Below, piece by piece: positions 15,309 to 23,225 of a DNA stretch of 28,791 nucleotides (positions are counted from its first letter, which is position 1; each line of letters opens with the position of its first letter). Source of the stretch: a virus. Lineage: Duplodnaviria > Caudoviricetes. The notes under the pieces were generated by a model, which ran no database searches, was not told where the DNA came from, and saw only the letters and a list, made by a program, of their open reading frames with translations. The DNA lies in IMG/VR virus record IMGVR_UViG_3300037071_003766, positions 1-28,791 of that record; one strand, 5' to 3'. The translations under genes and the position numbers were made by a program.

Positions 15309-15913
15309 GCCTCAACACCGATCGTCCAGACCGAATGGAGCGCTACGACGTGGCCTGCTCCACTTCCGACATGACCATGCGCCACTCCGACTTTCCGCCG
15401 TCAGCCCCCGATATCCTCGCGGCCATGGCATGGAGCAAGAAGCGCCTTGGCACCGAGCTTGTGCGGCTGGTTGCGCAGTGGGACCGCGAGAAGCCAGCAC
15501 GACGTCGCCCCCGCACGCCCGCCCAACTCATGGCCTTGGGCTTTACCCGCGACCAGGCACGCCTCCAAGCCACGCGCGAGAAGCACGAGCTGGCTGGCGC
15601 CTACTACCGCGCCGTCGTCGCCGCCATCGCCCGCCTGCACGATCTGCCTGTGATAGCCGCGCAACTCACGCTGCAGGCCATCCACTGGGACATGGAGGAC
15701 GCCGACGCCAAGGCAGCCACCGTCCTGCGCTACTGGCTGGACCCCACGTGCAAGGTCTGCGAGGGCAGGGGGGCGCCGCTGATCCCCGGCACGAACGTGA
15801 CCTCCACCCATACCTGTCACGAATGCCAGGGCCGCGGCACTCTGCGCCCGCCCTATGGCGAGGACGGCAAGCGCCTGGCCACGTACCTCGACCAATGCAA
15901 GCGCGGCGGCTGA
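15305..15913 (+). CDS. Q-like late antiterminator with zinc finger
   Basis: CKVCEGRG...CHECQGRG; position immediately before the late promoter. Confidence 0.7.
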   Translation: MSLNTDRPDRMERYDVACSTSDMTMRHSDFPPSAPDILAAMAWSKKRLGTELVRLVAQWDREKPARRRPRTPAQLMALGFTRDQARLQATREKHELAGAYYRAVVAAIARLHDLPVIAAQLTLQAIHWDMEDADAKAATVLRYWLDPTCKVCEGRGAPLIPGTNVTSTHTCHECQGRGTLRPPYGEDGKRLATYLDQCKRGG

Positions 15914-15943
15914 AATGACGGCATCGGCTTACAGTAGGGCTGT

Positions 15944-15972
15944 TCCACATCACGGGAAGTTGTGGCTACAAT
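15944..15972 (+). promoter_or_regulatory. Late promoter (PR'-like)
   Basis: TCCACA, 17 bp, TACAAT directly after the Q-like gene. Confidence 0.6.
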
Positions 15973-16103
15973 CGCGACCAGCGGAGCCACAACTTGCTCA
16001 AGTTGTCGACCGCGGACTCTCTGCCCGACACCCAGGTCCGCCCCGTAAAGCCCCTGGAGAGACTCTCAAGGGAGAGTCGTCTCTCTGCCGAAAGGCAAAT
16101 CCC

Positions 16104-16577
16104 ATGACCGAACTGACCGCCGCGCGCCTGCGCGAGCTGCTGCATTACGACTCGGAAACGGGTGAGTTCACGCGCCGCACCATCGTGCGGAAAGTGTCTG
16201 CCTCGGCCAAGAAGGGTGATGGCTACGTGTACATCTCCGTCGACGGGCACCGGTATCGGGCGCATCGGCTGGCATGGCTGTACGTGACGGGGAACTGGCC
16301 GGCGCATGGACTTGACCACCGCGATGGTGACAAGACCAACAATCGATTCGCCAACCTCAGGGAAGCGAGCCAGCTGGCCAACACGCAGAACCAACGCCGC
16401 CCTCACCGTGACAACAAGCTCGGGCTGTTGGGTGTCTCTCAGTTCCGAAATCGTTATCGGGCGCAGATCCAGACGGCTGGGCAGTTGAAGCGGCTTGGCT
16501 GGTTCGACACGCCCGAGGAGGCACACGCAGCCTACGTGGCAGCAAAGCGCCGGGAGCACCCTGGATGCACGATTTAG
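16104..16577 (+). CDS. HNH endonuclease with AP2-like C-terminus
   Basis: YDSETG...AHRLAWLY...LDHRDGDKTNNRFANLRE...LGWFDTPEEA. Confidence 0.9.
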   Translation: MTELTAARLRELLHYDSETGEFTRRTIVRKVSASAKKGDGYVYISVDGHRYRAHRLAWLYVTGNWPAHGLDHRDGDKTNNRFANLREASQLANTQNQRRPHRDNKLGLLGVSQFRNRYRAQIQTAGQLKRLGWFDTPEEAHAAYVAAKRREHPGCTI

Positions 16578-16585
16578 CCCAACCC

Positions 16586-16669
16586 AGCGGCGCAGCTCGT
16601 GGCCGAGCGCCGGCAGGTTCCGTCATGCACTGACCGGAGGCGCTGGGTTCGATTCCCGCCGCCGCACCA
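16586..16669 (+). ncRNA. Degenerate tRNA-like element
   Basis: GCGGCG/CGCCGC acceptor, GCTC/GAGC D-stem, GGTTCGATTCC T-loop and ACCA end; anticodon arm enlarged. Confidence 0.6.
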
Positions 16670-16767
16670 ACCCATGAACTTCACCACCATCGCCATCGCT
16701 GTCGGCCTCCTGTGTGGTGGCCTCAAGCCTCCGCGCCGGGTGGTGACGTACCGCAGGATGCGCAGCC

Positions 16768-17226
16768 GTGGCAGCAGGTAAACCGGGCAGGCCCAGCCTC
16801 TACACGGAAGAACTGGCCGACCGCATCTGTCAGGAGATCGCCAACTCCGACACCTCGCTGCGCCGCATCTGTGCCCGAGCAGATATGCCATCTCGAGCCA
16901 GCGTCCTGCTCTGGTTGCAGCAGCACGACGAATTTCAGGCCAAGTACACGCGCGCGCGAGAGGGTCAGGCCGATGTGATTTTCGAGGACATGGGCGACAT
17001 CGAGCAGAAGATGCTCACGCGCAAGCTGGCGTCGGATGTGGGGCGGGTGGTGCTGCAGTCCAAGCAGTGGCGGGCGGCCAAGCTGGCCAACAAGAAGTAC
17101 GGCGAGCGCGTGCACACCGAGTTGACCGGCGCTGACGGTGGGCCGATCCAGACGACGATCGATGCAAGCACTCTCAGCGACGAGCAGCTCCGCGCCCTCG
17201 CCAGCATCCCGGTTCAAGCCCGCTGA
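16768..17226 (+). CDS. terS: Terminase small subunit (Sf6 gp1-like)
   Basis: GRPSLYTEELADRIC...MPSRASVLLWL...YTRARE...KKYGERV..ELTGADGGPI. Confidence 0.9.
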   Translation: MAAGKPGRPSLYTEELADRICQEIANSDTSLRRICARADMPSRASVLLWLQQHDEFQAKYTRAREGQADVIFEDMGDIEQKMLTRKLASDVGRVVLQSKQWRAAKLANKKYGERVHTELTGADGGPIQTTIDASTLSDEQLRALASIPVQAR

Positions 17227-18793
17227 TGTCCTGGCCGCGCGCAAGGAGCTAGCCAAGCGCAGCCTGCCTGACTTCGCGTGCATGGTGGACATCCCCACCG
17301 TGCCGCTGACCGAGGAAAGCGAGGAGGACCGGTTCTCGGTGATGCGGCTGGACTCGCTGGCCGCCCACCATGCGCTGCTGCTGCGCGATCTGCAACAGGT
17401 GGAGGCAGGCAGGATCCCCAACCTGATGGTGCTGATGCCACCGGGGTCGGCCAAGAGCACCTACAGCGACGTGGTGTTCATCCCGTGGTTCATGGTGCGC
17501 AAGTCCCGGCGCAACGTGATCCTGGCCAGCTACGCGGGCGAGATCGCGGAGAAGCAGGGCAGGCGAGCGCGGCAGTTGATCAACTCGCGCAGCTTCCACA
17601 ACCTGATGGGGATGGGGCTGCAGGGCGACCAGAAGGCGGCGCACCAGTGGGCGTTGACCAACGGCAGCGAGTTCATGGCCGGCGGCCTGACCTCGGGCCT
17701 GACCGGAAACCGCGGCGCAATGGGTGTGCTGGACGACCCGATCAAGGGGCGCGCGGAGGCCGAGAGCGAGCCGGTGAGGAAGAAGACCTGGGAGGCCTAC
17801 ACCGACGACTTCTGCTCGCGCCTGATCCCAGGGGCGCCGCAGATCCTGATCCAGACCAGGTGGCATGAGGACGATGTGGCAGGGCGCATCCTGCCGGAGA
17901 AGTGGGACGGCGAGAGCGGGCTGATCAAGGGCCGCGATGGGCGCATGTGGAAGGTGATCTGCCTGCCTGCGATCGCCGACCGCGCAGACGACCCACTGGG
18001 GCGCAAGCTGGGCGAGACGCTGTGGCCCGAGTGGTTCAGCCTGGAGCACTGGCTGCCGTTCCAGCAGTACCGAAGGACGTGGACGAGCCTGTACCAGCAA
18101 AAGCCCGCGCCGCAGGAGGGCACGTTCTTCAAGCGCGAGTGGTTCCGGCGCTACCGCAAGGGCAGCGAGCCCAAGCACCTGAACCGCTACGTGTCCAGCG
18201 ACCACGCGCCGGCAGGGCAGGACAACAGCGACTTCAACTGCGTGCGCGTGTGGGGCGTGGACGCGGAGAACGACCTGTACATGCTCGACGGATTCCGCGA
18301 GCAGTGCCAACTGGACGTGGTGGCCGACAAGACGGTGGGCAACAAGGCACCGCCGAGGAACGCGCCGCCGATCACGGGGCTGATCAAGAAGTACCGGGTG
18401 TTCGCGTGGTTCCCTGAGGACGACAACAACTGGAAGGCAGCGGCGCCGTTCATCAAGAGGCAGATGGCAATCGAGGGCAACTTCGTTCGCATCGAGCCGA
18501 TCTCGCCGCACGGCAGCGACAAGCCCACCAAGGCGCAGAGCTTCCAGGCGATGGCCAGCAACGGCAAGGTCTGGATCCCCGAGGGGCCGGAGGGCGACGA
18601 GGTGATCGAGCAGTACCTGAAGTTTCCCGCCGGCACGCATGACGACGAGGTGGACGCGGCCAGCGTGATCGGCCGGGCAATCACCGAGGCGCATCCGGCG
18701 GTGGTGCCAGCCAAGAAGGCGGCGGGATACGTGGACCGGTGGGATAGAGCCTTCAATCAAGACCGCGAAGCAAGCGATTGGAAAACAGCATGA
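17162..18793 (+). CDS. terL: Terminase large subunit, start uncertain
   Basis: MPPGSAKST (Walker A), VLDDPIKG (Walker B), QTRWHEDD, FPAGTHDDEVDA (nuclease). Confidence 0.93.
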   Translation: MQALSATSSSAPSPASRFKPADVLAARKELAKRSLPDFACMVDIPTVPLTEESEEDRFSVMRLDSLAAHHALLLRDLQQVEAGRIPNLMVLMPPGSAKSTYSDVVFIPWFMVRKSRRNVILASYAGEIAEKQGRRARQLINSRSFHNLMGMGLQGDQKAAHQWALTNGSEFMAGGLTSGLTGNRGAMGVLDDPIKGRAEAESEPVRKKTWEAYTDDFCSRLIPGAPQILIQTRWHEDDVAGRILPEKWDGESGLIKGRDGRMWKVICLPAIADRADDPLGRKLGETLWPEWFSLEHWLPFQQYRRTWTSLYQQKPAPQEGTFFKREWFRRYRKGSEPKHLNRYVSSDHAPAGQDNSDFNCVRVWGVDAENDLYMLDGFREQCQLDVVADKTVGNKAPPRNAPPITGLIKKYRVFAWFPEDDNNWKAAAPFIKRQMAIEGNFVRIEPISPHGSDKPTKAQSFQAMASNGKVWIPEGPEGDEVIEQYLKFPAGTHDDEVDAASVIGRAITEAHPAVVPAKKAAGYVDRWDRAFNQDREASDWKTA

Positions 18794-18975
18794 GCATCCT
18801 CATCACCCTGCTGATCATCATCCTGATCCTTGGCCTGATCTACTGGGTGATCACGATCATCCCGCTGCCGCCACCCTTCCGCACGATCGCCTTGGTGGTG
18901 TTCGCCATCATCGCGATCCTGGTGCTGGTGGATCTGTTGACGGGGTCGGTGGGGATCGTGGGGAGGTTCAGGTGA
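18790..18975 (+). CDS. Small two-TM membrane protein (resembles Thivi_2564 family)
   Basis: Two hydrophobic helices separated by IPLPPPF; ATGA overlap with terL. Confidence 0.7.
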   Translation: MSILITLLIIILILGLIYWVITIIPLPPPFRTIALVVFAIIAILVLVDLLTGSVGIVGRFR

Positions 18976-19358
18976 GCGCCGCCCACCTCGAGGTGCTGCC
19001 CGGCTTCACCCGCGCCGACCTGCAGTGGCAGGCCGAGTGCCTGGAGGGCCGGCACGGCGAGGCGCGCGTGGCCGAGGCGGCGCCGCTGGCTGCGAAGTTC
19101 ATCCGGGCGGCGCTGGCACAGCACATGCGCATTCCGCGCCTGCTGCGCGAGCTTCAAACCGAGGGCGAGCGCATGGCTGCTGCTGCGGCTACGCCCGGCG
19201 ATGGCGGGGTCATCCTGCCCGCTGTTCCCATCGCTGTCGGCGGCGCCGGCCCGGATGACAAGGCGTTCGTCCTGTCGCCGGACGAACAGCGCCTGGTGCT
19301 CAAGCAGCGCGCGCACGCCGAGCGCAACCGCGGCGATGAGGACGAGGTGCCGGCATGA
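18972..19358 (+). CDS. Hypothetical protein
   Basis: GGAGG RBS; GTGA and ATGA overlaps. Confidence 0.7.
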   Translation: MSAAHLEVLPGFTRADLQWQAECLEGRHGEARVAEAAPLAAKFIRAALAQHMRIPRLLRELQTEGERMAAAAATPGDGGVILPAVPIAVGGAGPDDKAFVLSPDEQRLVLKQRAHAERNRGDEDEVPA

Positions 19359-19831
19359 ACACGCGCACGATCTACACCAGCAAGGGCGATGCGATCACTG
19401 TGGATGCGGCCGACTACGAGGAACTGAACGCCTTCCTGTGGCACCTGAACGGTAACGGCTACGCCGTCCGAACCCGCAGGATTGGCGGTGGTCGCAAGGC
19501 TACGATCTTCATGCATCGGCACTTGCTGGGCCTGCACAAGGGCGATGGGCAGTTTGCCGATCACATCAACCTGAACCGCGCGGACAACCGGCGCGAGAAC
19601 CTGCGTGTTGCCACGTGGAGCCAGAACCAATGCAATCGCGCGACGCGTTCGACCAGCGGGAGCGGGATCAAGGGGGTGTTCAAGGAGCCGGGCCAGAACA
19701 AGTGGAAGCCCTACATCGATGCCCACGGAAAACGGACCTATCTAGGCACGTTCACCGACCCTGAGGCTGCCGCAGCCTGCCGCCGGATGGCCGCTGAAGC
19801 ACTGCACGGCGCGTTCGCTCGCCACGTCTGA
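19355..19831 (+). CDS. HNH-AP2 endonuclease
   Basis: MHRHLLG...ADHINLNRADNRRENLRV...SGIKGV...YLGTF. Confidence 0.9.
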   Translation: MNTRTIYTSKGDAITVDAADYEELNAFLWHLNGNGYAVRTRRIGGGRKATIFMHRHLLGLHKGDGQFADHINLNRADNRRENLRVATWSQNQCNRATRSTSGSGIKGVFKEPGQNKWKPYIDAHGKRTYLGTFTDPEAAAACRRMAAEALHGAFARHV

Positions 19832-19833
19832 TC

Positions 19834-21840
19834 ATGGAAGTCAGAAACCCAAAGATCGACGTCACGCTAGCCCTTGCGGACGAGCCCACGCCGTTTCTGT
19901 CGCCTGCCAGCGGGCAGGAGGCGTCGTCGCCGATAGTCGATGAGCGGGAGCATCTGACGATGCTCATTCGCTACTTTGAAGAGTCCGAGGATCTGACGAC
20001 TCGTGCCCGCGAGCTTAGCGAACGCGATCGCAGGTATCACGACAACTGGGACGATTCTCAGTGGACGGAGGCCGAGAAGGCCAAGCTCAAGCGCCGCGGC
20101 CAGCCGATCATCACCAGCAACCACATCAAGCGCAAGGTGGCCACGATGTGCGGGGTGGAGCAGCGCATGCGCAGCGACCCCAAGGCGTTCCCGCGCACGC
20201 CCAAGGAGGAGCCGTCCTCGGACGCGGCCACGGACGCCCTGCGCTTCATTGGCGACCAGAACAAGTTCAACGAGACGCGCTCCAAGGTCTACGAGGAGAT
20301 GCTGGTCGAGGGCTACGGCGGCGCCGACGTGACCGTGGAGCAGCGGCGCGACGGCAGCTACAAGGTCAAGGTCCAGCGCGTGCCGTGGGACCGCCTGTTC
20401 TACGACCCGCACAGCAGCGAGGCGGACTTCTCGGACGCCACCTACAAGGGCATCGTGATCTGGCGGGACGCCAAGCGCAGCGACCAGGACGTGCTGGGCG
20501 AGACGCTGCGCTCCTCGGGCTCCGCGACCTACGACGACCGGCCCAAGACGGCGTGGGTGGACAGCAAGCGCACGCGGGTGCGGGTGGTGCAGATTCACTA
20601 CCTGTACGAGGGCGAATGGTGGGTGGCGACCTTCACCAAGGCGGGCTTCATCGAGCCGCCCATGGTCAGCCCCTATGTGGACGACGAGGGCAAGCCGGCG
20701 TGCTCGCTGATCCTGCAGTCCGCCTATGTGGACCAGGAGAACAACCGGTTTGGCGCGGTGCGCGACTGGATCTCCACGCAGGAGGAGATCAACAAGCGGC
20801 GCAGCAAGGCCGTGCACCAGATCAACTCGCGCCAGACCTTCGGCAACAAGGTGGCGATCGAGGACGTCGACCAGGCCAAGGCCGAACTGGCGCTGCCGGA
20901 CGGGCATTTGCAGCTCAATGCCGGAGCACAGTGGGGACAGGACGTTGGCGTCATCCCCACGACCGACATGAGCATGGGCAACCTGCAGCTGCTGCAACTG
21001 GCCATCAACGAGATGCAGGCCAGCGGCCCGAATGCGGCCATGGCTGGCAAGGCGCAGGGGCAGCAGAGCGGCCGCGCCCTGGAAACCCAGGTGCAGGCCG
21101 GCGCGGTGGAGATCGAGCCGCAGAACGACAAGCTGCGCACGTGGACGCGCAACGTGTACGCAGCCGCCTGGATGCGAGCGCGCCAGTTCTGGACCGGTGA
21201 GACCTGGGTGCGTGTCACGGATGACGACGAGAACGTGCGCTTCGTGGGGCTCAACCGCCCGGTCACGCTGGAAGAGCGCCTGTCGCGCATGGCCCCGGAG
21301 ATGCAGGCAGCCGAAGCTCGCCGGCTGCAACTGGTGCCCAACGATCCGCGCCTGCAGCAGGTTGTGGACGTGGAGAACCGCACGGACGGCCTGGCGGTGG
21401 ACATCGAGATCGAGGAAGGGCCGGACATCAGCTCGTTGCAGTCCGAGCAGTTCAGCGAACTGACGGGGCTGGCCAAGGCCGGCATGCCGATTCCGCCGGA
21501 CGCGATCATCGAGGCGTCCAGCCTGCGCAACAAGCAGTCGATCCTGAAGAAGATGCGCGGGGAGGACGACAAGCAGAACCCGCAGATGGCCGCCGCGCAG
21601 CAGCAGATGCAGGCCATGGGGCAGCAGATGACCCAGATGGCCGAGGCGATCAAGGGGCTGCAGCAGCAGCTGGCCAACAAGCAGGGCGAGCTGGCGATCA
21701 AGGCCGCCGACAGCGCCACCAAGCGCTTCACCGCCGAAGCCGATCACGCCGAGGCCATGGCCGCAGCGATGACGCCCGAGCAGATTGCCGCCATCGCCAA
21801 GCAGGCCGTGCTCGAAATGCTCAACGGACCGCAGCAGTAG
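19834..21840 (+). CDS. Portal protein (P22 gp1-like)
   Basis: QWTEAEKAKLKRRGQP, LFYDPHS..DFSDATY, QEEINKRRSK, long C-terminal coiled coil; position after terL. Confidence 0.9.
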   Translation: MEVRNPKIDVTLALADEPTPFLSPASGQEASSPIVDEREHLTMLIRYFEESEDLTTRARELSERDRRYHDNWDDSQWTEAEKAKLKRRGQPIITSNHIKRKVATMCGVEQRMRSDPKAFPRTPKEEPSSDAATDALRFIGDQNKFNETRSKVYEEMLVEGYGGADVTVEQRRDGSYKVKVQRVPWDRLFYDPHSSEADFSDATYKGIVIWRDAKRSDQDVLGETLRSSGSATYDDRPKTAWVDSKRTRVRVVQIHYLYEGEWWVATFTKAGFIEPPMVSPYVDDEGKPACSLILQSAYVDQENNRFGAVRDWISTQEEINKRRSKAVHQINSRQTFGNKVAIEDVDQAKAELALPDGHLQLNAGAQWGQDVGVIPTTDMSMGNLQLLQLAINEMQASGPNAAMAGKAQGQQSGRALETQVQAGAVEIEPQNDKLRTWTRNVYAAAWMRARQFWTGETWVRVTDDDENVRFVGLNRPVTLEERLSRMAPEMQAAEARRLQLVPNDPRLQQVVDVENRTDGLAVDIEIEEGPDISSLQSEQFSELTGLAKAGMPIPPDAIIEASSLRNKQSILKKMRGEDDKQNPQMAAAQQQMQAMGQQMTQMAEAIKGLQQQLANKQGELAIKAADSATKRFTAEADHAEAMAAAMTPEQIAAIAKQAVLEMLNGPQQ

Positions 21841-21861
21841 CCACAGATCACTCCATGAACC

Positions 21862-21886
21862 AGCCGCCTTCGGGCGGCTTTCTTTT
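21862..21886 (+). terminator. Intrinsic terminator between portal and HNH
   Basis: AGCCGCC-TTCG-GGCGGCT-TTCTTTT. Confidence 0.8.
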
Positions 21887-21893
21887 GCCAGCC

Positions 21894-22358
21894 ATGAAAA
21901 CCATTCCGATTCGCGACAGCCTCTCGGTCATCACCGTGGATGACGAGGACTATGACCGCGCTTCCTCGATCACATGGTGGCTGAACTGCCATGAACGGCC
22001 TGTGGGGCGCGTCGAAAAGAGGAGCGTCTACTTCCACAGGTTCCTGCTTGGATTGGGCAACAAGCCGCGCGACGGGTCGTTCATCGATCACCGCAACGGC
22101 GATCCATTGGACAACCGCCGCGCCAACCTCCGCGTGTGCACTCGCGCCCAGAACATGCAGAACCAAGGCCGCCAGCGCACCAACCGCAGCGGCTTCAAGG
22201 GCGTTTACATCCACAAGCGCACCGGCAGCCCGGTCGCTGTCATCAGGTACTTCGGCAAGAAAAAGCACCTCGGCGTGTTCGAGACGCCGCAGCTTGCCCA
22301 TGAGTTCTATTGCCTTGCAGCCGACATGGTGCACGGCGATTTCGCGAATCACGGCTAA
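21894..22358 (+). CDS. HNH-AP2 endonuclease
   Basis: FHRFLLG...IDHRNGDPLDNRRANLRV...SGFKGV...HLGVF. Start MKTIPIR chosen because it follows the terminator. Confidence 0.88.
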   Translation: MKTIPIRDSLSVITVDDEDYDRASSITWWLNCHERPVGRVEKRSVYFHRFLLGLGNKPRDGSFIDHRNGDPLDNRRANLRVCTRAQNMQNQGRQRTNRSGFKGVYIHKRTGSPVAVIRYFGKKKHLGVFETPQLAHEFYCLAADMVHGDFANHG

Positions 22359-22367
22359 CAGCCGAAA

Positions 22368-22455
22368 CCCCGCCGCCGGGGGACAAAACGGGCGTTCCAC
22401 CGCCGCCGGGTGTATCGGGCGTTTAGCGAGATGCCGCCGCCGGGCCAATCGGGCG
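22368..22455 (+). repeat. Three tandem CCGCCGCCGGG-N5-8-CGGGCG units, putative structured RNA
   Basis: Units at 22368-22394, 22398-22421 and 22432-22455, directly before the scaffold RBS. Confidence 0.8.
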
Positions 22456-22473
22456 CGTGAAAGGAACGAGACC

Positions 22474-23214
22474 ATGGATGACGTGTTTGAGACGCTGCCC
22501 CCCGAGGGCCAGCAGACCAATCCGGGCGAAGCCCAACCCCCCGCGCAGCAGCCGCCGGAGCCGCAAGAGCAGCCCCCCAGCCCGCCGCCCGAGGAGCCAG
22601 GCACCGCGGCGCCGCCGGCCGCAGGCACGGACAGACAGGTCCCGCTCGACGCACTGGAGGCAGTGCGTGGTGAACGCAACGACTGGAAGGGCAAGGCCAC
22701 AGAGGCCCAGACGGAGGCGCGGATGCTGCGCGAGCAGCTGCAGCGCTTCCAGCAGGGGCAACAGGGCCAGCAAGGGCAGCCGCAGCAGATCGATCCGATG
22801 CAGGCGCAAGTCCAGCGCATGGAGAACGTGGTCCTCAACGCCTCCGAAAGGGCGGCGCGCAGGGACCACGGGACCGAGACGGTGGACAAGGCGTGGCAGC
22901 GGGTGCAGCAGGAGTTCTCCCAGAACCCCGCGCTGTACCAGCAGATCGTGGGCAGCCCTGACCCGTGGGACGCGGTGGTGCAGCAGGGCAAGCGCCTGCT
23001 GGCCATGGACGAGATCGGCACGGACCCCGAAGCCTTCCGCAAGAAGGTGGAGGAGCGTGTGCGCGCCGAACTCGCCGCCAACCCCTTAGCCACTCCAGCC
23101 GCCGCGCCAGCCGCGCCCAACCTCCCGCAGTCCCTGGCCGGCGCGCGATCCGCTGGTGCCCGAGGCACCACGTTCACAGGTCCCACGCCGATGGAAAACC
23201 TGTTCAACAACTGA
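22474..23214 (+). CDS. Capsid scaffolding protein
   Basis: AAGGAA RBS; Pro/Gln/Glu-rich N-terminus, VPLDALEAVRGER coiled coil, PQSLA motif; lies between portal and capsid. Confidence 0.8.
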   Translation: MDDVFETLPPEGQQTNPGEAQPPAQQPPEPQEQPPSPPPEEPGTAAPPAAGTDRQVPLDALEAVRGERNDWKGKATEAQTEARMLREQLQRFQQGQQGQQGQPQQIDPMQAQVQRMENVVLNASERAARRDHGTETVDKAWQRVQQEFSQNPALYQQIVGSPDPWDAVVQQGKRLLAMDEIGTDPEAFRKKVEERVRAELAANPLATPAAAPAAPNLPQSLAGARSAGARGTTFTGPTPMENLFNN

Positions 23215-23225
23215 AGGAGGCCTAG

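Noticed and set aside
16053-16100. Glycine-riboswitch-like words (GGAGAGA...GCCGAA.G)
   Set aside because: The downstream CTCTCAGG core is not in the required position, the segment self-pairs as simple hairpins, and the gene context is wrong.
15975-16669. Group I intron or split tRNA containing the HNH gene
   Set aside because: No recognisable intron core; both halves of the tRNA-like element lie downstream of the HNH.
16674-16781. 35-aa ORF MNFTTIAIAVGLLCGG... before terS
   Set aside because: No RBS and abuts the tRNA-like CCA end; possible but unsupported.
22368-22455. CRISPR- or TIGR-like guide array
   Set aside because: Only three units with 5-12 nt variable parts of unequal length, and no Cas or Nop-domain effector nearby.
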